From assembly GCA_964187785.1 (NCBI GenBank), contig OZ076409.1, forward strand, positions 47,308,001 through 47,372,000: DNA of 64,000 bases, read 5' to 3'. The position numbers and the translations under genes are program-made. Positions 25,336 through 37,233 of this stretch are shown here, in pieces; position 1 is the first letter of the stretch, and every line of letters starts with the position of its first letter. The stretch comes from Amphiscolops sp. MND2022. Taxonomy: Eukaryota. The notes beneath the pieces are model-generated. The model saw only the letters and a list, made by a program, of their open reading frames with translations. It did not search any database and was not told where the DNA came from.

Positions 25336-26439
25336 CAGAGCCCGGATTATGGTGAGAACTCGCTTTCTCACCTTTTTTACGCACCTTTGCCTAATTTTCA
25401 ATTTCACACACTTAATTCACTTTATGCGCACATTTGAGGTAATTTATGGCGGGAAAAAAGATGAAAGATTTTGTTCGCTTTTCTTAAAAAGGACGCATCT
25501 ATTGACCGTCATTATTAAAGGACCTTCAGTATTGAATTTCTTTCGCTGGTTTTATTTGCATTGTTGATAATAATGCCTAAACAGAAATGTTATGGAACTA
25601 TTTTTATTAAAAGCTTGACTGGTGGCGAGAGTATACGGGAGTATAGAACTGCTAAAACGACGTTTTTTGTAAATTATGTTGTATTGCTTTCAATTACGAT
25701 GATTTTAATGTTAAATGGCAATGCGACAGACACTCCACTCGGGAGAAGCACGTGAAACAAGTTCGTTTGAACGCAAAAAGACAGCAGACATTCTAATATT
25801 ATGAGCAATACGATTCCTTCCAGGAGTTTTTAGTTGCCCTGGCTGAAGAAAAAATGCAAAACCCTGAGATGGTCAATAATTCGATTGACCAAATGAATAA
25901 TACGGAACTACAGACTCAATTGGCTTTTATAGCCGGAAATTTTAAGCCTATTACGGATGCTATAACATCTCTCCAAGTCCGCCAATCTATGGTACAATCT
26001 GTGGAAAAAGTTATCGAAAATCTATCGGCTGTTTTACTTGTAGAACCCTACAATGCAAAATTACACAACGTCATTCAAAATAATCCCGATTATGCAAAAA
26101 TGAAAGAATTGAAAAGTGTTCTGGATGGAAAAGATGTCTCGACACAAAGTGGTATTTCTCCACTGCTGGCACCCTTGTATAAGTTTGCCCCGATGAGCTC
26201 AGCAGATATTGCGAGAGTTTTCTCTTCCATGGGAGATGTTATTTCCCCAAAGAGACGATCTTTGACTGTTGAGCATTTAGAATTTTATGTTATTTTATAC
26301 TGGAATACGTTCGGAAAGAAATATATATTTTTTTGAAATTATTTAGTTTTTACGCATTTTTGAGCACTTTTAGCTACTTTTTTACGCTCTTTAGTGCGCA
26401 CTTTTTGAGTGTTTTTGGCGCACCAAAATCCGGGCTCGT
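25336..26439 (+). mobile_element. Internally deleted hAT DNA transposon
   Basis: 8-bp TSD GTCGACGT (25328-25335 and 26440-26447). TIR (CA)GAGCCCGGATTATGGTG ... CACCAAAATCCGGGCTC. ORF 25854-26336 ends in a hAT dimerization-like motif, APMSSADIARVFS...KRRSLTVEHLE. Confidence 0.85.
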
Positions 26440-26992
26440 GTCGACGTATCACATTTATGTCGATCGAAGAAAGGGCTGGTTTAACGGATTTGCGTCACAA
26501 GAAGGATTGTCAGTGTTAGGACAGCCCTTCCTTGTGGACTATGACACTTATGGAGGAATCTGCAGTAGCTAAATGATGATGGGTCCATCTACAATCTCAT
26601 ATGTAGAAGACTAAGATTCACAGAATCGCAAAGTTTTTATTTACTCTTGTTCAGCTGATTGCATCTGGGTTTTTTGGAAACTTTTCTCTTCAGTTTATCT
26701 GGTAGTCAGTCTATATTTTGTGTGGCTGGCTCTACATCACCCCTGTACAATAAAAACACCGAGCATTGAAAGAACCCCTCTCTGAATTGAATAATCTTGT
26801 TCGTTTTACGTATTTTTTTGATATTCATGAAACCTATAAGTCTCGTTGATAACTTCTGGGCATGTTTTTGCAAAAGGATTGGAAATTCACGGTAAAAGAC
26901 TTTCGAGTCCTTGAGTCCGTTCGTTTTAACGTCGAGACTCATATCGTCTTCTTCTATAAACTCTCGGTGAATTTAGCTGTAGTGCAAGTTTG

Positions 26993-27104
26993 AAAAACCA
27001 CTTCGTTTTGAAGTCTTTTCGTGAAACATTGAAAGATATCTTGAGGTAAAAAAACCACTTCGTTTTGGAGTTTTTTCGTGAAACATTGATAAATATCCTG
27101 AGGT
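26993..27104. repeat. 57-bp tandem duplication
   Basis: Two imperfect copies of AAAAACCACTTCGTTTTG...GATATCTTGAGGT. Confidence 0.8.
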
Positions 27105-28654
27105 GATAGTTTCGCTTTTCTTGATTACTTCTCGACTAATTTTCGGTATTCGTTTTCTTTTTGCCTTCACATTGATTCCGTTTCGATTCCGAAGACATGA
27201 CAGAACCGGAGACACGGTGTCCGGCCACGACTGCTATATCTGTTTAGTTATATTCCGCACATATTCCATATGGGAAAAGAAAATATTTAAATGAAACGTT
27301 TTTTTACAAAGTTTGCCAAGCACCAAATTTATATTCACATTGAAGGGTGTCACCCACAGAATTCAACTCACATAAGATTAGCTTCGAGATTTTTGGACTT
27401 TTTTGGGAATGACGAAATAGACCCCATAATGATCCAAAATGACCGCGAAAAAACCAAAAAATCCCGATTTCGATGCAATTTTTGTCAAAATTTAAATAAA
27501 CATCGTGGATTAGAGTGTTGAAAACGTTCAACAAGGGAAGAATTCTTTGTTCAGTAAACTTTTAAAGAGATACATGCGGTGTTTCAAAGAAAAATGACCA
27601 AAATGACGCTAAAAATGACAAAAAGTCCAAAAGTTGTAACAATTTTAATGCAATTTTTGTCAAGTTTTCAAAAGATATCGTGGATAAAAATGTTTAAAAC
27701 GTTCAACAAGGCACGAATTGGTTGTCCAGTAGTCTTTTATGAAGAAAAAAATGCGTTTTTTAGAGAAAGAAAATGACAAAAAATCACCCCAAATGTCATA
27801 AAAAGACAGAATTTTCCATTTTTTTTCTCATTTGTGTCATTTTTTCGAAAAACTTCATAGATTAGAAGGCCGAAAGTGTTCAACAAGGCAAGAATTCGTT
27901 GTCCAGTATTCTTTTGCGAAGAGATCAATGTTGTTTTGAAATGAAAAAAAAATGACAAAATGTTTGCAATATTGAAATTTTCAAAAATTTCCTGCAAATT
28001 TGTCAAGATTTCGACAGACTTCGTGTATTGGGAAGTTAGAAGGGGTCAACAAGGAAAGGTTTTGTAGTAGTAGCTTAGTGAGGAGAAAAATGCTATTTTT
28101 CCATCTGAATAATGTCTCGAATTGACACCGAAAAAGACAAAAGTTCCTAAATTTTCCAATTTTCACCGTTTTTTTCCAGTTTTTTGTCGAAGTTTTGATC
28201 GACTTCGTGGGTTGGATTGAAACTGTTAAACAATGTGAGCATATGTTGTTTCAGAAGACTTTTGTCAAGAGATAGAAACAATTTGTATTAGAAAAAAATG
28301 TATTCGTATTTCGAAGAAAATGTGATAAAAAGTTCAAAACTTTCAAGTTTTAGTCGTTGTTAATGCCATTTGCAAATTTTGTACAATTTCCGAGCAATTT
28401 CAAAGACTGAAAACACTAAATTGTTCGAAAATGAAACTACAAGCTATGTAGTACCCTTTTTGACGAAAACGTTGCAGCGTTTTGCTTCAAAAAGACTTCA
28501 GAATGGATGTATATATATATATACCCAAGTCGGTCTGACAAAGGACAATCATAATTTTGCAGTTGTTTGATGCATTACGATTAAATTGATTGACCCAAAG
28601 ATGAAATAGATGGTTACAGGAACAATTCAAGTTTTTCCTCCTGTACAAATCCTT

Positions 28655-30337
28655 ATGCCTTCAACCAGGAGACAAAAGGTGAAAACTAAAAGGTCAAGGG
28701 AATTGGGTATGTTATCTAATTACAGTAACATGGATTTAATGTTAGGAGACGGAAATTCAAACTCTATAGAAAGAGAATTAGACAGTCTCATAAATGGCCC
28801 AGAGGGGCCACAGGATATTCAGACTTTCCCAAATATGGAAACTTCATCTCGAGAGAATGAGATTAGAGATATCAGTAATTGAAATGAACCTGTTAGAGAA
28901 GGCAGACTAATAGAGTCAAATAATATGCTGTCTGGGGAGATGAATGCTAGAATGTCTCGGGAAATGGAGACTATGATGGACTTTATGCAAACTCAGATCA
29001 GTAGGGCTATAAACTCTACTATTAGTGAGAGAATAACACCTGAGATACAAAACATGATGGAAAATTCATCTTTGGTATTGAACCCCGTTTGTTTTTAAAT
29101 GAGGATGATAATGGAAACGTGTGGAAAAATACAAAACTTACAAAGAAGGACTCTAGGTCCGCTGGTGACTTGAGAGATCATACGGACACTACTCCTTACA
29201 TAGTGACAGGAGCCAACGAACTTCAACGTCCGATTCCTGAATTCCTCACAGGACGAATTCATTCTCAGCCAGACCCCCAGAGGCAAGAATCCGCACATGA
29301 TACAACCATGGATACAACTCTACCAGAAGCAGAGCCCGTCATGGCTGAACAACCACAAGACCCTATCAATCGACTGGCAGACGTTCTGGGAAATCTCCAA
29401 AACAAACCGCAATCGATGACAATTCGACCAGTCACGACGAACCCCATGACTTTTGACAGCAAAACTAAGAAGTTTGAACTATTTGAAGATTTATTTCAAA
29501 CCATGATAAAGATGCAGCCCGCTATCACAGAGCAAATGAAAATAAATCATCTTCATTCACTACTCAGAAAAAGAGCCCTGCAAACTTTTCGTAATATAAA
29601 CTCTAAAAACCGTCAAACACTAGAGGACGTATTGGTAATATTCCGCAGAAAATACGTCAAACCCGAATCACAAGCCACAGCAAAGCATAAAGGGCATATA
29701 CTTATTTTCGATCCTAACACGATGAAATTACCCGATTTTCTCAAAGAACTCAATCAGGGCGCCGCGAAAGCCTTCGGAGAAAATGCCAAGAGCATTATCG
29801 ATAGCCTCTTATACGCTAAATTACCTCCAAAACTCAAAAGATCAGTAAATATGGCCCGACTGGAAAACGACACATATGGGGTTATTGTGGGGCACCTAGA
29901 AGGAGAACTCGAAATAAACGCCTCAGAAGAATCCGACGATTTGCCCATTGCCACAAGTCATCGTCGGACAGGGCGCGAAATTTACTATCCAATGGCATTG
30001 ACACCAACAAGAACAACCAATGCTCATACTGCAAAGCTGAGGACCATTTCTGGAAAAAACTGTCCAAAACATAAAAAGAACAAAGAAATGGAAGCTATAA
30101 ACGGCAACAAAGATTCAACGTCCAAACTATCCAGAATGTCCCACTTGCAGCAAAACGAATCATCCGGCAGAAAAATGCTGGCGAGGTGCAGGAGCGCACC
30201 TTCGTCTGAAAAGGTCTAGACAGAACACCGACGAAGCCGAAGCTTCATGGGACGAGTGAACCTCCACTAAAATTGACAAAACTACAACGTCTTCATCAAG
30301 CCAAGCGACTTCCGAAAAGCCTGAGTCAAAAAACTAA
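28655..30337 (+). pseudogene. gag of element 2, initiating inside the LTR
   Basis: ATG (MPSTRRQK) at 28655. The frame, broken by a stop and indels, passes through the LTR end and PBS (Y-I-V-T-G) into TFD.K..KFELFEDLF..MIKM.P...E..KIN..HSLLR..ALQ, which also aligns with the intact gag at 61167-62606. Confidence 0.85.
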
Positions 30338-32818
30338 TTTTGCAACGACTCGAAATATGTAACCAAATGGCGATACGACACTATGTCATATCTGACCCAG
30401 CGATCATCATTTACAAGCAATCACACTACGAAACAACAGGAACACCATCAGTTGTCTGGCAACCACAGATGAAAAAAGCTTACATTAAAACTTACAAACT
30501 GGTCCACAACGACCGCCCAGACCAATACTAAGAAAGGGACTATACTACAGACTTTGAAACCCAATTCCGACCCCTCCAACTAATCGAAGGTTATAACCCA
30601 CAATATATTGACCCCGAGTGCGGCACTGATCCGTATTGGGACAATTCCCTCTATGACCAGGAAACCTTACAGTTCAAAGGTGAGGCACACCGACCAACTG
30701 ATGATGAAGATGACCCTGAAATCCCAGATAACCAATTATCTCGAGCTCTTATTGATTTATGGCAGCCAATTCCACAAATCAATAATATAGTAGGAATAGG
30801 TTACAAGCAAATTACAGATGAGGTACAAGCAACACATGGCCTACTCGACGAGACGGCTTTTCTACATGTCCTTGCAATCAAAGAGGGAGAACCGGCATAT
30901 GTACCTCTGTCCACAAACCTCGGACTAGAATACAAAAAGCGGACTCTATATTTCCCAATGGGTTTTGGAAAATCAACCATAGACGGCCTCATAGACTCCG
31001 GAGCTCTATCCAGTGCATTACCAGAATCGGACCTTAGGAAAATACGCCTCCTAGTGCCACAATCTATATTCAAAGAGGGACCCGCTCCGTCATTTCAAAT
31101 ATGGTCGCTAATGTACAATTGGAAACTCCAAAGAGCATCGTCGAACTCAAGTTCGAAGTAGGACATTGAATTCCAAGAAAAATAAATCATCTTCATTCAC
31201 TACTCAGAAAAAGAGCCCTGCAAACTTTTCGTAATATAAACTCTAAAAACCGTCAAACACTAGAGGACGTATTGGTAATATTCCGCAGAAAATACGTCAA
31301 ACCCGAATCACAAGCCACAGCAAAGCATAAAGGGCATATACTTATTTTCGATCCTAACACGATGAAATTACCCGATTTTCTCAAAGAACTCAATCAGGGC
31401 GCCGCGAAAGCCTTCGGAGAAAATGCCAAGAGCATTATCGATAGCCTCTTATACGCTAAATTACCTCCAAAACTCAAAAGATCAGTAAATATGGCCCGAC
31501 TGGAAAACGACACATATGGGGTTATTGTGGGGCACCTAGAAAGAGAACTCGAAATAAACGCCTCAGAAGAATCCGACGATTTGCCCATTGCCACAAGTCA
31601 TCGTCGGACAGGGCGCGAAATTTACTATCCAATGGCATTGACACCAACAAGAACAACCAATGCTCATACTGCAAACCTGAGGACCATTTCTGGAAAAAAC
31701 TGTCCAAAACATAAAAAGAACAAAGAAATGGAAGCTATAAACGGCAACAAAGATTCAACGTCCAAACTATCCAGAATGTCCCACTTGCAGCAAAACGAAT
31801 CATCCGGCAGAAAAATGCTGGCGAGGTGCAGGAGCGCACCTTCGTCTGAAAAGGTCTAGACAGAACACCGACGAAGCCGAAGCTTCATGGGACGAGTGAA
31901 CCTCCACTAAAATTGACAAAACTACAACGTCTTCATCAAGCCAAGCGACTTCCGAAAAGCCTGAGTCAAAAAACTAATTTTGCAACGACTCCAAATATGT
32001 AACCAAATGGCGATACGACACTATGTCATATCTGACCCAGCGATCATCATTTACAAGCAATCACACTACGAAACAACAGGAACACCATCAGTTGTCTGGC
32101 AACCACAGATGAAAAAAGCTTACATTAAAACTTACAAACTGGTCCACAACGACCGCCCAGACCAATACTAAGAAAGGGACTATACTACAGACTTTGAAAC
32201 CCAATTCCGACCCCTCCAACTAATCGAAGGTTATAACCCACAATATATTGACCCCGAGTGCGGCACTGATCCGTATTGGGACAATTCCCTCTATGACCAG
32301 GAAACCTTACAGTTCAAAGGTGAGGCACACCGACCAACTGATGATGAAGATGACCCTGAAATCCCAGATAACCAATTATCTCGAGCTCTTATTGATTTAT
32401 GGCAGCCAATTCCACAAATCAATAATATAGTAGGAATAGGTTACAAGCAAATTACAGATGAGGTACAAGCAACACATGGCCTACTCGACGAGACGGCTTT
32501 TCTACATGTCCTTGCAATCAAAGAGGGAGAACCGGCATATGTACCTCTGTCCACAAACCTCGGACTAGAATACAAAAAGCGGACTCTATATTTCCCAATG
32601 GGTTTTGGAAAATCAACCATAGACGGCCTCATAGACTCCGGAGCCCTATCCAGTGCATTACCAGAATCGGACCTTAAGAAAATACGCCTCCTAGCGCCAC
32701 AATCTATATTCAAAGAGGGACCCGCTCCGTCATTTCAAATATGGTCGCTAATGTACAATTGGAAACTCCAAAGAGCATCGTCGAACTCAAGTTCGAAGTA
32801 GGACATTGAATTCCAAGA
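29539..32818 (+). repeat. 1,640-bp near-identical tandem duplication of gag-protease
   Basis: 29539-31178 is repeated at 31179-32818, with AAAAT microhomology at the junction and only a handful of substitutions. Confidence 0.97.
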
Positions 32819-35800
32819 AAAATTTATAGTAACGGAAAAACTGACCAGTCCGATCATAGGACTAATGTTCCTACAAAGGAAGCACACAGTCCTGGACATG
32901 CGCCAAGGTATACTAAACTTCCCATACTTTTCAATGCAGCTTAAAACGGCTGACCACAAATATTCAAATGTCCTAGAACCCATCCTCAACCCGCATGATA
33001 TAACTGTTCCCCTCAAGGACTGCATCCTATTAGGGATTAAAGCCCAAATCTATACTGAAAATACTGTTACCGAAGTCCTCCAACCCAGTGATTTATTGCA
33101 TGAAGGGAGCAACATCACCTTCTGTGCCACAGTAGTCACATTGACCAACTGTGCCATAAACATCGATATCAACAAATTTAGTGATCAACCCTATAAACTA
33201 AAGCAATGATTACACATAGCAAAGTTCTCAGTGTTAACTCCTGAGCAAATGAAACATGGTAAACCCATTGATCCAGTGTCCACGTGGCATCAATTGATCG
33301 AAAATGAAGAAAATGTGATTTACTTGTCAGTAGCCTACTTAAGGCAAACAGAAACAATGACCAATACGAGCAATGCTGGTTCCCAACACCTAAAAACCCA
33401 AGGGACGAACAGTCCCATACGCCCATCCAGCGACGAATTCTTCAGGAACTACGGAACCTGCAATTTGCGGAACAATTGAACCCACAAGATATTGAGGCCT
33501 CGCGCAACCGATTCCTTAGTAATTTTGACTGCAAAGACTCTATGCTCCAACAGCATGAGATTGAAAGAACTGAAACACTCTTAGTAGAGTATCATGATAT
33601 CTTTGCTAGGCACAGATTCGACATAGGAATCAACGAGGAGTTTACAGTCAAATTGACCCCAAATGACGACTCCCCCGCCTATAGCCAAAGTCTTTCAACT
33701 CCAGTCAATCTCAAAGAAGACATAATGGTCGAACTGGCGTTATTACACAATAATGGCATAAACACAACTTTGCCGTTCTCCAAGTATGCCAGTCCCATCT
33801 TTGCGCAGAAAAAGCCCAATGGGAAGCTGCGACTATTGGTCGATCGAGGAAAATAAATAACCTCATTTCGGATGGTTACATAAACAATAATCATCCTGTC
33901 AGTACACTTACTGACGCAGCTCAACACATGGCAGGCAAGAAATTGTTTTGTAAATATGATTGTACACAGGCGTACCATTGCCAATGGCGGACCAAATGTC
34001 CATAGAGATGCTTGCATTCAGTTTCGCAAGCCGTACCTTTGCCTATAGAAGACTCGCCCAGGGCCTTAGTAGGGAATTATTGGCCTTTTCAAGCTTTATG
34101 CGAGAATACCTCGATAAAGTAATTAAAGCTGACCAATGCGCCTAATATGTGGACGACATAGGCATAGCCGCTAACGACGCCGACCACCTCATTCAAAACT
34201 TACGGGCAACTTTTGAAAGCATACGCCACGCTGGGCTGAAAGTTACAATGCACAAATGCCATTTTGGAGCCACAGAAATTGACTTCCTGGGAAGGACATA
34301 TACCCCAGAAAAAGTGAAACCACCAAGGGAAAGAATTACAAATTTCCTGGCAAAAGCAAAATTCCCAAATCCCAAAAAGGCCTTACAGAGACACCTTGGC
34401 TTCCTAATCTATTATAGGAACTATATGCCAAGGTTGTCCGAGAAACTTGCTCAATTTCTCCAACTTCTCAAAAAGACGAGAAGGTCCTGGTGACAACTGA
34501 ACTCATCAAACAATTCAATGAGATTAACAGCGACCGCGATAAATGCAGCCAATTAGCTTTAAAGCAACTTTTACCGAACAAGCAACTAGTCTTAATGACG
34601 GATGCTAGCGTTACGGCTGCCGGGTAAGCTATTCTTACCGAGGACGACCCAAATCAGAAATACACTTCTGTCAAGAAATCATATGCGCCCATCGCATTTG
34701 GATCAAAGACTTTCACGCCTTTACAGCTCAAAACGTCCATATACGCCAAAGAAATCCTAGCTGTTTACTATGCTTTTAAAGAATTTGGACATATCTTCTG
34801 GGGAACGTCTCAACCGATTACTATCCTTACGGACAACAAGTCGGAAACAATGTTCTTCCAAACAAAAATAATACCGCTGACACTCTGGAATACTTGTGAT
34901 TATGTGATGAAATTTAATTTCGTCATAGCACACATCCCAGGGAAAAACAATCCTGCTGCCGACTACCTTTGCCAAATGGAAGTAGATCCTAAAGATAAAT
35001 TAATCCTAAAAATCCGGGAAGACGTGGAAACACGGCCCATGGATGTCAATGTCCAATCAGCAGGCGTATCAGAAGAGGAACAGGTTTTCTTCACTGAAGT
35101 TGATGACGAGACAGAAGAACAGATTTGGGAGCGAAGAAACCAATGTCGTAACAACCCCATAGGACGAGAAGTCACAATCCAAATCGACGCAATATCAAAG
35201 AATGTAGTCGACGAAATCACAACTTTTACCCAGAAATTGCATAGAACTAATCAAATCCTATTCGAACAGTCCAAAGACCCTATTTTACAAAATGAAGACT
35301 ATTCGGAAGAGATTCTCCTGCAGGATACTCGTTATAAGCACTATCTCAACAATTTGGACGGGATAGTCCTGAGAGACGAGACAGTCACACGACAATATTG
35401 TTACGAAACTGGACAGATTAAATATAATCAGATCCTCTTACCAAAACACCTGCTAAAGGAACTCTTACAAGCGTTACATGGAACAGCACACAAACACCCT
35501 GGCATGTCTAAAATGCTCCAGGAAATTCGTCAAAAATATTACTACCCCAGAATGGCTAAACATGTTAAAAGATGGGTAGAAGGTTGCGAATCTTGTGCAA
35601 AAGACAAGCGCGTTTCAAACAACTCAATAACACTTGAATTACTCATTTTGCCCGAATGGGACCTTGGATCAGAGGATGCACTGCAGATTGATCTACTGCC
35701 AAACCTACCAACAAGTGGACGTTACGAAACAGTAATGACGGCCATTGATGTCTTTTCAAGATACCTGTTTGCCTACCCGCTAACTGAAGCTACCGCTTCA

Positions 35801-37070
35801 AATACCGCAAAGGTCCTAACAGACATAATGACAAAACATTCTTTTTTGCCGACTCGAAGGAACTGCCTTACGTCAAAAATTATAGCAGAAATAACGCAGA
35901 TCCTGGGAATAACCCTGGGATAAACAACCACTAAAAGTCCACAAGCAATTGGTGAACTAGAACGGACGCACGCCTCATTAAAAACAAATTTGAAAATGGC
36001 CTCAGGGGAATACTGCCATCAATGGCAGAAATATTTGCCACTAGCTGTGCTCAATTATAATACAACTTATCACTCCAGTGTAGGTTGTGAACCCAGCAAG
36101 GTTTTTCACGGACGGATTCCCTACCACGTCTTAGATCATAAACTTGGAAATAATCCCAACAAGGATTTCTTGCCTACAACGGAATTTGAAGAACAATTAC
36201 AGAAAAGAACGCAAATTCTAAGTGATCAAATAAAGAAAAACATTAGGCAGTCATACTTGAAATACAAAGGAAATTATGACCTAAAAGCCAAGGTAGCCCC
36301 GCTGAACGACCAGGATTTTTGTTTTATCCTGCAACCTAAAGCTGATAATCAAGGATCGAAAATACCAACCAGAGACAACCGTTGGATTGGACCCTATATA
36401 ATTGAAAAGGTATTACCTAATGACAATTATATGGTCAGGCGTCTAAATACTAATAAAACGCAAATACTACACCGTATCAGGATCAAAAAATTTGTCCCGA
36501 ATACACCTTCAGAAGACAAGTACAGTAAAGAGAAATTACAACCTGACGAAGAAATCGTCATACCCCAAAACGACCTACATACAATCTCTTGGGAAGCCAA
36601 CTTTGATTATGAAACATTTGAGCCGAGACAAGACGCTGTCCCACACGGGACTACGCAGCGAGACGCTGCACATACAAGTGACGCGACAGAAAATGACGTC
36701 ACCGAAAGAAGAATACTGATAGACGAATCGCCTTACGCGGCAGAATATGAAAATGACGTCACCGAGAAAGATGAATGCAGAGCGACAAGCAAGGACGCAG
36801 AAAAACCGAGTGGGCCGACGGCCCCAATAGTCCAGATGTGGCTAATTCGCCTCCTAACTCGGAAAATATTGATAATGATGGTCTAAATGAGAATGCCGAG
36901 GATACTAACGTTTCCAATAGGGGCGGAGATAAACGGTGCCCGGAATATCAGATGATCGAAAAGCAAATGAAAATTCCGATGAACATGCAAGCCCTAGAGG
37001 GGGGAAATATAACTTTAGGTCTAACCCTACCCCAAACTTTACTGATGAATACAGATACCAGACAGAAATG
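31980..37070 (+). pseudogene. pol of element 2 (PR-RT-RH-INT)
   Basis: IDSGA; YASPIF..KKPNGKLRLLVD; YVDDIGI (about 34146); TDAS; ADYL; integrase LHGTAHKHPG...CESC, QIDL and WIGPY. Many frameshifts. Confidence 0.94.
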
Positions 37071-37233
37071 TAAATTAACTGTCCCCATTCCCTGATTGCC
37101 ATGAAAAGACATGTATTTTGACTGGGACTTAACTGTCTAGACATACTGAATACATATCAAAAAAAAACAAAAACAGACTCAGAAGGCAAATGTAAACCTG
37201 TAGCAACTGAAAACAATTGTACAAAATGTACAA

